DNA of 64,000 nucleotides from Fistulifera solaris (GCA_030295235.1 AP026162.1:1922001-1986000); one strand, 5' to 3'; counted from the stretch's first letter, positions 47,428-60,577 are shown. Numbers and translations are program-made. Notes: generated by a model from the sequence alone, not told the origin.

Positions 47428-48985
47428 TCAAACCATCGAAATTCCTGGCCAAGCCTGAATCCATGCCTCTCGCATCGCCGTCGCCAGCTGAGGGTGATTC
47501 GCTTGGAAAGCAGCGGGATCTTCAGCATAGCCTGAAGCGATGAACAAAAAAGAATGCGTACGTGTGTTAGGGAACTACTTTGATCAAGCACCTCAAGAAC
47601 GAGCGAGTCATTCGTGTACTTACAGACAATGACTGTGTTGATCGCAGAACCAACGACGCTGAGGATGACCGAGGCAAACAGGAATCCAACCAATAAGCCC
47701 ACAAAGAATGCCGGTCCGTGCGCTTCCTCGTATCCCAGGCTGACAAACATATTAGGACTCATGTACCCCAATACGAGACCGACGATACCACTTGCCAGCC
47801 CAATGGATAGAGCAATGAGAGACAAGACATTTGCTGCCAAGTCATCAGTGATGACAACTGTCCAGCCCTTGTTCTGAAACAACTCGACCACATTCTTTCC
47901 AGCTTCCAAGTAGGAAAAGCCGTACATGCCAATGTAGACATACGCCCATCTGTTGATATATTCAATGAAGGACTCGATGCAAGCCAAAATGCATTGTATG
48001 ATACAGGTCAGAAATTGGTAGTCACGTTCATCGCGCGTATATTGCTCGAGTGCCCGCAAAGCCTGAACGATGGCTACCAAGAAGCTACCGAAACAAATGG
48101 ATCCAAAAGACGAAGTGAGCGCCCGATACAAACTATCCCGTTGTGCTTGACTGAACCAGCTTGTGGCTTCGTCGGGAACGAACCACCACGTCGCGACCGT
48201 CCCCGCCGTTGTCACGTGCATGGTGTTCTGCAAAACTTGGTGTACCCAGTAGTAGGACAGGAACTGCAATGATGGGTTAGATTTTTTCAATCCGCATACA
48301 AGCGTCTCGTACAAAAGAAGGAACTCACCAAAAAGAAAAATCATGGCCACGTTTTCGCCCTTCAAATAATTACCCAGCCCCAGGAACCAAAGAAGCGTCC
48401 ATACAAACGCCAGTCCAGTAAAGACGAAGGAGATCCCGGTCAAACCGAGATTCTGCTGTACGGCGGTCAAAGCCGTCTTTAAATTGACTGCCGCAAAGGG
48501 AATGCGCGACCACACCAGGCGGGCGTAACAAATCCCAATGGCGAAGCTGACGAGACCCAGCACGCCCATCAACATGGATCCCGCCATGAATCCCACAATA
48601 CCGACCGCCAAACTGGATGCCACCGAAAAGTAAAGAGCCGTCTGGACCAGTGATTCCGCATTCTTCATCATGAACGATAGGGCGGCCATCGAAAATCCTA
48701 CCGCAGTGACGCCTGTCACGGAGACTGTAAAACGATTCCGCCGTAGGCTCCGGAATTAATACCTTCCGAGGACTGCAATCCGGCGAATATCATGAACACT
48801 ACAATGAACAGGTGCACATAAAAGGCCACCGCCCACAGGACATCTTGAAATTGATGATTCGGTGTGGGTCGAAGATGCGTGCTTTCGGCGGCGGCGTAAT
48901 CCGAAGAAGCCGCGTGATACGGCACTTGGCTACTCTGATACGGCTCGGAGACCGAGACGCCTTGAATGATGGGTACGTTAGACAT
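47428..48985 (-). CDS. Choline transporter-like (CTL/SLC44, PNS1-like) protein; introns 48264-48328 and 47532-47623, frameshift near 48730
   Basis: FQDVLWAVAF, SRIPFAA, HVTTAGTVATWWF, SFGSICFGS, NRWAYVYIGMYG, VCYAEDP. Confidence 0.9.
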
Positions 48986-49068
48986 GTTGTGAAAGAATGA
49001 AGCTATTTATTGACACGAACAGTTTGTGCTTCGTTGATTGACGCGCCTCCTTGCTTTCACGACAGCAC

Positions 49069-50360
49069 GACTTGGTTTTGAGCGCGTTTCTTTTTTTATA
49101 CTCCGTAAAATTTTACAAATATTAGGGAGTATTCATCGACGCGGCGTAAACCAACACTTTCGACTATAGTAAAAACTCACGAAAAAGATCCACACGGGAT
49201 ATGCTCAATAGCCAATCTAAATAAGGATTGCAAATCATGCCTGTTGTGTTTGATTTCCGCGCAATAGAAGAAAACATAACTGTAACCTGTAACTGATCTA
49301 CAATTTGCGATTAAATGTAAGAATGTGTGTCGACCAATGCTTTTTCAGTTCATTTTTGCAGCCCCGAATTCAAAAATACATTTCCTTTACCAGAAAAGTC
49401 TAAACAAGAGTTCACGTCCCTTCAGAATACTAACAAGAGCAATAGATGGTGTTCAGGATAGGTTAGTTAGTCAAAGGACTTGTACCATAGGCTACATTTG
49501 CAGTTCATTCTCAATGCTTTAGCTCCTCCACTTTTAACTATAGCTTCGAAGTGTATACGACTTTTTTCATGATTGCGGATGTCAGTCATGAGTCAGGCGT
49601 CATGGATAATAACGAGCGGCTTTAGCATGTTGCAAAGCAGCTCCTCAATGACATTAAATTGCAATACAGATAATTTCTTGTCACTACAAAATATATTGAA
49701 TTTTTTTAAAAAGAAGTAACGGGCAACGTCTAGTTCGATTGACTTGATTTTGAGCGCGTTCCTTAACAATTATTCATCGACGCGGCATCGTCGCGGCGTA
49801 AACCAACACTTTCGTCTATAGTACTTGTAAAAACTCACGAAAACGATCCGCACGGGATATGCTACACTGCCAATCTAAACAAGGATTGCAAATCATGCCT
49901 GTTGTGTTTGATTTCCGCGCAATTGAAGAATACATAACTATAACTGATCTACAATTTGCGATTAAATGTAAGAATGTGTGTCGACCAATGCTTTTTCAGT
50001 TCATTTCTGCAGCCCCGAATTCAAAAATACATTTCCTTTACCAGAAAAGTCTAAACAAGAGTTCACGTCCCTTCAGAATACTAACAAGAGCAATAGATGG
50101 TGTTCAGGATGACGTTTACCATACGCTACAGTTGTAGTTCATTCTCCATGGTTTAGCTCGTCCACTTTTAACTATAGCTTCGAAGTGTATAGGACTTTTT
50201 TCATGATTGCGGATGTCAGTCATGAGTCAGGCGTCATGGATAATAACGAGCGGCGTTCATTGCGTTGCAACAGCAGCTCCTGGAAAGGTCCACGATATCA
50301 TTGCAACACAGGTATAACTTCTTGTCATTACAGAATATATTGAATTATTTTGAAAGAAGT
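49069..50360. repeat. Tandem non-coding duplication, copies 49069-49718 and 49741-50360
   Basis: Long near-identical blocks (e.g. 49300-49460 versus 49955-50110) with indels; both copies carry the palindromic upstream motif. Confidence 0.92.
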
Positions 50361-50408
50361 AGTTCGATTGATTTCTGTGGGCATTGTTACTATTTGTAAA
50401 CAAAAGTC

Positions 50409-53400
50409 ATGTCCGGTTTTGGTGGAGGGTTCGGCTCGCAGCCGCCCTTCGGTTCCACTAATTTCGGTGCTGCACCTGGATTTGGCGGAGGCTTTACGAA
50501 CAATCCGACCAATGCATCACCACCAGTATCGAATCCTGCCTTTGGTTCCGCGGGGGGATTTTCTTCTTCGGCTCCTTCTGGTTTCGGACAGGGGTTTCCG
50601 CAACAACAGCCGATTGCCTTTGGTGTTTCACCCAACGTCGTTCCGTCCTTCCATAATGCGCAAACCTTTCAGGGAACGTCGGGATTTGGTCAGTCGGCTA
50701 ATTTGAGCGGATTCGGATCAGCGAGTAGCAATTTCGGTTCGTCGCAATTTCCGCAACAATCATCATCGAATCAACAACTAGGATTTTCCAACATCGGAGC
50801 CTCTCCCTTTGGTTCTACTACAACACAACATCCTCCGTCATCGTTTCAAACACCCAGTAGCGGAAATTCCGCCGGGAACCCCTTTGGCAGCATGGCTCCG
50901 CCATCGCACAACCCCTTCGGATCGGCGGCCATGTCCTTTGCAGCATCGTCGAGCCTCTTGCCGACGAATGGCCCGCGGTTTGGTACAAAGGAAAAGAAAT
51001 CGAGTGCACCGTTCGGCGTGTCACCCTTTGTCAGTCGCATGATGGAGAAAGAAGACGTCATGGAGGATGAACCCGCGCCGGCGACCAATTTGCCTTTTGG
51101 TACTCCCGTGTCGATTGGATTCAGTAAACCATCCAGAAATCCTTCGACGAAATCAACTAGAGAACAGAATCAAGCTACTCAAGACGATGTTGAAGCGTCG
51201 AAACAAGATTTGCTCGCCAAGCTCAAAGCGAAAAAAGAGAAACTGGTGCGTTTGGCGGAAAAGAAAAACAAGGCGAAGAACGAACAAGCAACACTGAATC
51301 CGAATGCACCCGTGTTTGAACCACGCAGCAAACCAGAAGAGACCAACAGCAGTCTTGCAGAGAAGAACGCAGTCCGCTTTGCCGGTGCCACCAATCAAGC
51401 GACCCGAGCGCTCATGCCGTCCGAATTGGCGGGAGCGGCCGTGGATTACGCCTCCTTGCGTGTTGAGGGACGGAAAGACCGTGAGAATTTAGAGAACGCC
51501 GTTTCGTTGGTGGGGACATGTACGTTTATGTGTCCGGATGAAGAATTACTGCGTCGCGAGCGGGAAAGCGACATCCAGCTTCTCGAAATACCACTGCCCG
51601 GAAAGTTGCACCCTTCGGATTGGACACTTCGTAATACAGTGGTGAAGCGCTTTCGTCGATCGGCTGCCGATTATAAGCTGGATGTTCCTGAATGGGTCAG
51701 GCCTCCGGAAGTTTTGGAACGTGTGTGCGGATATTTAGAAGAATGGGTCATGGTAAGTTGAACCTGCTTGATGCGATGGGCGTGATTTGTTTTAAGAGCT
51801 AACTATACTACAGGAGCGTGACCGACAAGGACCCGATCCGCGGTTCCCCAACAGTAGCACGCCGCCACCACTCGATGTCTACCAATTTATTTGGGACAGA
51901 ACGCGAATGGTACGAAAGGATTTTACACTTCAAAATTACGTTGGTACAGGTGGAAATTGCGACGCTCGAGCTGTTCGGTGCCACGAAAGAATCTGCAGAT
52001 GGCATACGATGTGTGAGCATCAGCTCAGCCATATACAGGAGTTTGTGTCTATGCAGAGTCAGCAAAATATTCAGGAACTTGGTCAAACCATGAAAACGCT
52101 CAATCAATTGTACGATGACTCATTAGGGAGATCAACTATTGAAGTGCCGGACAAAAGCGGAGCTGAAACGGAAAAAACTTGACAACCTATAAGTATGGCT
52201 GCACCGAAGACACGGTACAAGGGATTAGTCCCATCGACTACGACGGCACGACCTTGAAAAATGAAACGGACCCGAGATCGTTGATTGGTAGTGCAATAGA
52301 ACAGAGTCCGAGTCGAGGAACCGCTGAACCGGAAATGCGCGGCCTGTATATTCTGCTGACAATAGACAATGATGGCGGAATGGAAGTTTTGAAATATGCT
52401 GCGCGGCTCTTTCGAGACCGGTCAGAGCTGTACCACTCGCGACCTGTTCAGCTTGCTCTTTCGATCTACAAGGTAAGTCGGTTATTTTACTATGCGATCT
52501 GCCTGAAATTCACTGACTCTTCGAGAAGGCGAAGAAAGAGAACAACTATGCTCGTTTCTTCAAGATTTTGAAATCGTCATCTACCCCCTATCTTTTCGCT
52601 TGTCTTATGTTCAAGCACGTTGAACATATGCGAAAGAAGGCCTTCGAAATCTGTAACAAAGCGTATGGTGGTCGTACCAAAGACGGCGATACCCTTTACG
52701 ATTCGTATCCTTTAAGAAGGTGGGAAGCGCTCTTGTGCTATGAAGACATTGACGAAGCGCGTAACGCTTGTAAACATTACAATATCACAGTGAAAAAGCA
52801 GCCTTATAAGTCGTCCTCGGGAACGATGCGAGAAGAAGAGTTCATAACGTGGAAAAGTTCGTTTTTCAGCGAGCCAAGAGACCCTGACAAGGGCGTGATC
52901 ATCGCGTTGAGGCCAAAGAAAATGATTAAGACGATCGAGAGTAAGCTCAACGGGGCTACCAGATTAGCTGTGTGTCGGGGTGCACTTAGCGGAAAGGGAT
53001 CAGTTTTAACAGAAATGGTGGGTTCGCCCCGCTTGGACATCGATTTACGAATGTCAGATGACAGAGAGGCAGCAGTTCACTTACAGCAACAGCAACAGAA
53101 AGAAGAAATAATGGTTAGAAATAGAGAAAAAGAAAAAGGCGGATCTTATTTTGGAAGCAACAGCGTGAAGAAGAGGATCTCCGGAAAAGTCGTGAAGAAG
53201 AGAGAAAGCGTGTGGAACGTGAGCGAGCTGAACATGAAGCAGCAAGACGTCGCCAAGAGCTGGAGGAGGCAGCCGCAAAACGTAAAGCCGAAGAAGCTTC
53301 AAGAATGAAAGCCGAACAAGAGGAAGTACTTAGACGAGAGAAGGAAAGAGAGGAAGTGCGAAAACGAGAAGAGCAAATAAAGCTTGAAGCGATAAAAGAA

Positions 53401-55351
53401 AGGGACAGACTGCAGAAAATAGAGGAGCAAAGGAAGAAAGAAGAAGAGGAATGTCGCCTACGAGAAGAAGAAAGACAACGTCTTGCGGAGCTCGAAGCTG
53501 AAAAACTTCGGGTTGAAAGAGAAATTAAAATAAAAGAAGATGAAGAACGACGACTACGAGAAATCGAGGAAAGCCGACGATTAAAGGAAAGGCAGCTCGA
53601 CGAGAAAAAAGCAGTGGCAATGCATTTTGAATGGAAGCAGAGAGCGGACCTTTTAAGAAAGGAGCTTTTCTTCAAGCGCATGATTAGTCGAATACCTCAC
53701 AAAATATTGATTGCAGATAAAACCGAAAACAGCTTGAAGCTTCTCTATGAAAAATCATCAGATAATCAAGAAACAATATGGTTTGAAGACGCTTGCTTGT
53801 ACCCACCGCCTGAAAGGGGGCTTCGTCGTTCAGTGGAGATTTTGATAGCCAACCAGAAGTTTCTTGATGTTCGCAATATTCTTGAGAAAGCCATGATTGA
53901 CCCTTGTAAGCGTCTCGACATACACTCAAATGAAGGATATCGAGGAAAAATTTCTTATCTTTTAAAAGTTTCAGTCCGTGTGATATCCAGCGAAGACCGT
54001 GCGATGCGTGAGCTTATAAGAAAATGGTTGGAATCCAATTTTCACTTTGGAAAGATCTATTCGTTGACAAGAGGAATTCTTGACATTCGTCTTGTTCTGG
54101 TTGATGAAACGGAGAAACCTATTGCGAAATCATCCGACGCTGCCATATTCTTCCTCCCTTCATCAAATTCCAGTGAACGAAATATTTTTGATACCGCTAT
54201 TATGGTCAATAAAATATCAGAGCGCTTACCTGATCATACCCCTCTGGTAGCTCTCGTGATGACCGAGGAAGGTGGTGTCGATTCAGTTACAACGGCCCTG
54301 GTAGAATCCACTGGCTGCTCTCCAGTTCACGTTGAGGGAGTTGTTTCCGAAAATCCCGATAATTTGCAAAAGGGAGTAAAAACTGTCCTGGCTACTGCGT
54401 TAGAAGAAGTTTTTCTGAAATCTGCAAATGCAGTGTCGCGCGTGTCGATTTCTCGATTGTGTCATCTCTGTGTCAACGAAATAGTGTGGCAGTCTTTGTC
54501 CGTGGAAGCTCAAGATGATATATTGACATCTGCTATTGGTGTGCTGGACCACCTTATCGAAGCGCTTGTCTCATATTCTCAAAAAAATCAATAAAAGTTG
54601 GCCATCGATGGAGTTTCTAGACGTAAATGGGAATGTTCCAGACTATTTCGACGATGGACAGCATTTACCAGCAAAATGGCATGAAAGTCTGCGACGCTGC
54701 GTCATTGAATCGAAAGTGAAGGTAATACAAAGTTTGTTTAGGTGCAAGCTCAGCATCGTAATTCAAAAACTGCTGGTTACCGCCCCTGCGGACGTTGTCA
54801 ACGACTGCACGTCAATGCTGGACCAACGCCTCTTTCGTCGTTGCTTTGAAAGAGCACTGTGTTGGGCAATTCAAGCCGACGATGCGATACATCACGACGA
54901 TGCCGACTGCGTTTACCTTCCAAATGGTTCCCTGAACGAACTTATCAAAGAAGCAGCGCAGCGCTTGGAGAAACAAATTAAGAAGCAATCTGAATCGTCA
55001 CGACGTGTATTACGGGCTCTCGATGAACCCAGTAGGCGAACAATGACTTTGTCCCCTCGCAGCAGCTATTCCGACAATGTAAGTTCGATCAAAACACCCC
55101 GTTTACTAAATGCCACGCCAAAACTCGATTCTATTACGAAGATTGAAATATCGCAAAGTAAAAGTCCTGTTACCATGCGGTCTCCCGACAAGAAGCGAAG
55201 CAGGAAAGATTCTTTGGTTGTGACGGAAAGCAAGGCTTTGACGAAAAAGCTGAGAGCGATGGCACAAGGTGGCCTAGCAAAGGATATGATAGTCGGCCAC
55301 ACGACACTCTCGTCATTGTTGAAAGATGATACCATAAGTTCTAAATTCTAG
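50409..55351 (+). CDS. SAC3: SAC3/GANP family TREX-2 scaffold with N-terminal FG repeats; introns 51753-51813 and 52473-52528, frameshifts near 52175, 53130 and 54585
   Basis: FG/PFG-rich N-terminus, LVGTCTFMCPDEE, VKRFRRSAA, VRPPEVL, YQFIWDRTRMVRKDFTLQN, NNYARFFK; charged coiled coil. Confidence 0.88.
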
Positions 55352-55516
55352 ATTTGAATGATGCTATAAAGAACCGTCTTGACGAGATTGGTCTTGGGCG
55401 TCTCCTACCCTGATAAATACAAGCTACACCCCCAAGTAACAACTTCGGCGTCGTCTAATCTATCTAGCGGCATCCAAACAGAATGATTTAAATAGCATTA
55501 ATTAAACGGCGACGGA

Positions 55517-56842
55517 CTAGTAAAAGTCGTCACATGCATCGCTGTATTCATCTTCTCCATCATCCGACCATAATAAGTGCGCTAATTCAGCTTCTCCTTC
55601 TCCACAAGCGGAAAGCATAGATAGCCACAGATCGGTCTTGGGCCTTGATTGACCTTTTGGTGAGGGCTCATGCTGACATACCCCAGACGAAGCAATTTCG
55701 GGCGGTCCACGACACGGCAACCAAAAACCTCTCTCGATTTCACTCTCCAGCTGACCCGGAGCCCAGCAACTTGCTCCGACGAAAAACGATATTTCATCTC
55801 GGTCCATTTGCCCCGCCAAGACTGCCTTGGCTGCAGCGAGAACGTCTCCGCCGAAATGCACCGATCGGTCCGAGTGCACTGCAGTACTTTCAAGCTCATT
55901 CTCAAGTATCATTGGTAATAAATGGCCACCGATTTCTTCGTCGGACTTTCCGGACGAACACCCGTCGGGAACTTCTGCATCCGAGACACTGTATAAAATC
56001 TGCACTGACATGTTCACAGGCCCTCCTTCCTTCACAGGACAATTACCAAACGCCATCATTAAATCATTTGGGAGCGGCTTTAGCACTTCGTGCAACGTAA
56101 AATTTCGATTTGATTGAGGAGAGGTGCAAATGCGATTGATGATGAGACCATAGGTTCCATAGGGGGACTGACGGGACTCTTCCGTTTCACCGTCCTGGTG
56201 ATCCAACAAACAGATGACACTCCGCCGAAAATATCCTTTCATATGCGGATGGGCCACTAAGAAAGTACCAGGTTTCAAATAGGCGCGTGGATTAAGTGGC
56301 AATGGATGTACGTGTTTGGCAGCTTGGTGGGGGTGTCGCTGGATCATGCCTTTTCGCAGACGCTCGGCCCATGAGATTTTCTTGTTCATTTCTCGTAAGG
56401 CAAGGAACGCAACCTCACATCTCGTCTCTTCACTGTACATACTGGATGGAGCAATACTTTCCTCGTTCGTGTGATCCCCGCCTTTTACCGAAGTGCAGCG
56501 AAACTCTCGTTGAATAAGATCGCGTAGCTGAATTTCATTGTCACATTGCGAAGGGAATTGCATTTGTCGAATACCAAGTGTTCCCTTGCCGGAGATAAAT
56601 TCCCGGAGAAGGCGGCGAAACAACTGATGATGATCAGGAACAGGATCTTCATCTTCCGTGTCGCTATCAGTGATTGGTGGATTGCGGAGGACTTCATCCC
56701 ATTCGTCATCCTCGAACCCAGTTCTGTGAACTAGACAACGAAGGGTTGCTGAAGCAACATATTTATCATCAAAAGCCTTCGCACTTTCGAGAAGCGAGCG
56801 ATATAAGCGTCGGTTGATAAGACGTTTGGCAAGTGATGCCAT
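55517..56842 (-). CDS. UPF0301/AlgH (DUF179) domain protein, possibly mitochondrial
   Basis: GTFLVAHP...FRRSVICL.DH, GLIINR, EGGPV, FFVGASCWAPGQLESEIERGFW; basic amphipathic N-terminus. Confidence 0.85.
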   Translation of the reverse strand: MASLAKRLINRRLYRSLLESAKAFDDKYVASATLRCLVHRTGFEDDEWDEVLRNPPITDSDTEDEDPVPDHHQLFRRLLREFISGKGTLGIRQMQFPSQCDNEIQLRDLIQREFRCTSVKGGDHTNEESIAPSSMYSEETRCEVAFLALREMNKKISWAERLRKGMIQRHPHQAAKHVHPLPLNPRAYLKPGTFLVAHPHMKGYFRRSVICLLDHQDGETEESRQSPYGTYGLIINRICTSPQSNRNFTLHEVLKPLPNDLMMAFGNCPVKEGGPVNMSVQILYSVSDAEVPDGCSSGKSDEEIGGHLLPMILENELESTAVHSDRSVHFGGDVLAAAKAVLAGQMDRDEISFFVGASCWAPGQLESEIERGFWLPCRGPPEIASSGVCQHEPSPKGQSRPKTDLWLSMLSACGEGEAELAHLLWSDDGEDEYSDACDDFY

Positions 56843-57719
56843 TGAGAAGGGTATTTCGCGCTTTTGACAGCAAGTCGGCCTTGCAAAAGTGCGAGGGTTG
56901 CTTGGTTGTGAACATCATGGTCGTTGTCTATCTGTTGCAAAAGTTCATGCCGGAAAAATCTTACCGGTACCGGTACCGGTACTAAATAAGTAGTCCTTGC
57001 CCCTGTCCATGATCCGTATCCCGCGCATGCTTCGCACCATGAACAAGATTACTGTTTCTTTTATACTCAAACACGGCTCGCCTCACGTCAGTACGGTACT
57101 CAAAAGTAGAGGTGGCCATAGTAAAAAAATAGAGATCATGCACAGCGCACAGCACAGAGATCGCAACGACCGACGACGACCCTCCGCTCCATCTTTCACC
57201 GCATTCGACCCAATGGCGATTTATTCCTTTTGAGAGCGTCTTTCTCTATCCAACACGGACGAAATAATACACACCCGACAAACAAAGAGAGGCTAGTCGT
57301 AGACGGCAAACTGCATTGGTTGTGATTCTGTTTTCGAACGGGAAAAAATCGGATAGAAAGGATTGTATTCTGGCGCTCGGTAATCGGCAAGCTATCTTCT
57401 TACTTTACGAGCCTAGTTTCATATAACGTCGAACAAGTGGTGGCTTATCGAGTGAATTGCAAAGAAGAGACAATAAACTTACTGGGGTATTCTTTTCTGA
57501 ACGTTTTGTCTAATCATCGAACGGTCTTTTGACATTTTCTCATCATATCCGACAATTGCTATCACCTATCACTTATGGTATTGGAATCATCATTTTGAGG
57601 CGGTGCATCTGGGATTCTATTCGAGAGCGAGATTGTCTCCTTTTTGACGCCTGAATCAAAAACAGAACGACGGGAATACACCATTATAAAGATTCTCTTC
57701 TGTAAAAAACACACTCATC

Positions 57720-58864
57720 ATGAGTGAGCGTATGATCGAACTCCAGCGCGCTCGCTTACTAGCAAGCAAAGGGGCTGCGAGTAGTGCAGCTGTATCTTCT
57801 GGCGCAGCAGGAACGAATGGATCGCAAATAACATCACCAGTATCTGGTATACCTGCTATGGGTTCTGAAAGTGTTGCGAGCCACCAAACACCGCAGGAAG
57901 CTGCCCTGGCCGCCATGCGAACAGAAGACATGCATATGCAAAGATTCCTACACAAACTACAAGACCGCAATGACGCCAAAGCTCAGTCGACTTCGGGACC
58001 TACCGTTCCTGTTGTTCTTTCTCGACGCATGCTGCAAAGACAGGGTGTTGGCTATTTGGACGAAACAGTTGCCGCCCTGGTATCGGGGGGCCGCCGATCG
58101 ATTTTTAGGGACAGTTCTTCAACAGGCCATGGTATGTCGTGGTCAGCGTTTAAAAGGTGCCGAAATGGCGAAAGAAGCGCGAAATCGTCGCAAACGACAC
58201 ATTGCTCAATACGACGCCGACACTGCAGAGCGAAGGCGGCGGAAACAAGAAAGGGAGGAACAACGGGAACAAGATAATCTAGCAGCAATAGGTGCTGCCG
58301 AGGCCCTCAAAAAGGGTCGAAACGTACCGACAATCTTGAAAGTCCATCCAAGTCGAAGAAGAAAAAACAAGACGAACTATCGAAGATTGGTAATGGCGCT
58401 AAACTAAAAAGGATAATACTCCAGCCGATGGAGATGATGAGTCTTACGACTCAATAGACGAAGAAGAGGATTATTACAGAGACACTTATGGTGATGCATC
58501 TATCGGAGAGAGTCAAGACGTCGAAGAAGACGAAGATGACACGCTAATACTTCGTGATCTTTCTCGTCCGCTGGAAGCTTGGGGATTTTGCCTTGACGGT
58601 AAGGCAGGTATGGAACCAATGGCAGCTGACGAAAGCGATGCAGATGACGATGATTCTGAAAGTGCCGAAGATGCAGACGAAGGAAACGAAATCAACGACG
58701 ATGACGAGAGCGACGAAGATATGATTGTCGACACTGAGACCAAGAAATCGACACAAAACGCGTCGAATGCTGCAAAATCTCCTGATACGGAGAAGGGCTC
58801 TCGTAAAACTGCCACTTCGCCTAAGCCGCAATCAAGGGCTCCAACCCCAGTGAAATTAAATTGA
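57720..58864 (+). CDS. TAF10: TAF10-like histone-fold protein with long insertions; frameshifts near 58087 and 58320-58400
   Basis: FLHKLQD...PTVPVVLSRRMLQRQGVGYLDETVAALVS(G)AADRFLGTVLQQA and TLILRDLSRPLEAWG parallel the TAF10 motifs PTIP...AAQKF and TLTMEDL...L.EYG. Confidence 0.7.
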
Positions 58865-58999
58865 ATTGACGTGTCTTTTGTAGCTAAATATCGTATTTCA
58901 ATGAAGGTTTATAAGTCTTTGGTTTCATTTAGCATCAACACATTGTATAGATTAATTAAATAATGTATAGATTAATTAATCACGCAAGTACGAAAGATT

Positions 59000-60577
59000 T
59001 TATCTTCGGCGTCGATTTTCGTCGTCCCAAGATCGCTTACGAGAGTAATCCTCCCTTCCGCCCCATTGCTGCGTGTGCCCGCCCCGACCTCCACGCCCTC
59101 CATACTGGTCAAAATTACCTCTTCCTCCGCGTCCTCCGTACTGATCAGCACCATCTCTTCCTCCACGTCCTCCGTGTAAATCGGCGCCTCGACCCCTTCC
59201 GCCTCCGCGCCTGTACCCTGGATCATGTTGTTCGTGACCGTACGCGTGCTGCGCAGGAGGGAACTCAGGAGGATAACTGTTGCCTTGGTCGCGATGACGG
59301 CTGCGACTACCACCAGGTGCTTCTCCGTGATGATGGCCATAGTAGCTTGTATCGTTTCTCCCATGTCCGTAATGCGCACTTGCGTCACCACCGTTATACG
59401 GACTGCCACCAAAGTCCGAAGTTCGCTCATCAGAGGGCCTGTGGTACGAATGGTAGGCAGACTCCGAAGCCCTTTCGTCGGTTTCTTCATCATTCTGCAA
59501 CTGATGTTCTGATTGATGTACAGCGTAAGAGTCATCTTGCTGCTCCTGCTGTGCGATTAGTTTCGCTAACATAGAATCAGGCGCCGCCCCTGCCCCCCAA
59601 GCGCCACCGATGTCGGTAGGTAGATCGATATCAAGGTGTTCATCGCGTTCGGCAGTCAACGGTTGTTCCTTCTCCATCATGATGCTCTCGGGACGTTCAG
59701 GTCCCATGCTAGTCATGCCAACAGCGTCCAGATTCCTATCCGTATCCCCTTCGATGTTGCTGTCCCCGTTCCCATCTCCGTCTTCCCCAGATGTATTATC
59801 TTTCGCTTGCGCCGAAGGTTCTCTTGGCGTGACCGGCACCAACGTTGGGTCAGGTTTGCGTTTTTGTCGACGAGCATCGATGAGTTCCTGACGTATGATA
59901 AGTTGCTGCTCAGAATACTCCAACCACTCCTCTTCTGTCAAGCCATAATTGAAAAAGTCTGAAACGTCGCCATTCCCACGAAGCCACGGTTTGTCTTCAA
60001 TTTGATCGAAGCGAATATCGAAAGCCGTTCTTTTCGAAAACAGCATAGCATCTCTCCCAGCATTCTCTTCACTTTCCCGTCGCCGGGCTAATTCCATTGC
60101 TTCCTCTAGCTTCCGTTGCTTCTCTTGCAGTAACCGAGCAGCTCGTTCTGCTGGATCTAATTTAGCCAACTCTTCTTCCTCCAACTGTCGCTTCTGCTCA
60201 GGAGTCAGGGTGTTTCCTGTCTCGTCTGTCTCTTCAACAGCACGCGTCCACTGTCGCTTTGGTTGCACTAGAGCATGATGCAAACCTCTTCGCATCATTC
60301 CCATTCGAGATCCTGTGAGTATGACTTCGATCTTGTTTCCTTCCGGATCTTCATCGCCACTTTCGGAACCATCCGAAACATAAATATCCTCTTGAATTAT
60401 CTCGCCTGAATGAGATGTCACGGCATATCCCGAGCTCTGCTGCTGTTTACTTTCTCCCTCATCCGTTTTGATGTCATCCTTTTGATAAAATCTTCGTTGC
60501 TGCTCTCCGCCGCATTAGCAGTCGCGAGATCTTCTTCAGGATCATCGGACGCGGTCTTTTCTTTTCTTTCGGCCCAT
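59000..60577 (-). CDS. FIP1: Pre-mRNA 3'-end processing factor FIP1; frameshift(s) near 60450-60490
   Basis: Fip1 motif FDIRFDQIEDKPWLRGNGDVSDFFNYGLTEEEWLEY; RGG-rich C-terminus. Confidence 0.9.

Noticed and set aside
53115..53681. Long antisense ORFs (also 27414-28022, 58963-59574, 46065-46610)
   Set aside because: They are shadows of biased or low-complexity coding sequence on the opposite strand.
58944..58980. 21-bp tandem duplication TGTATAGATTAATTAA between TAF10 and FIP1
   Set aside because: A simple AT-rich slippage in a shared 3' region, with no evidence of function.
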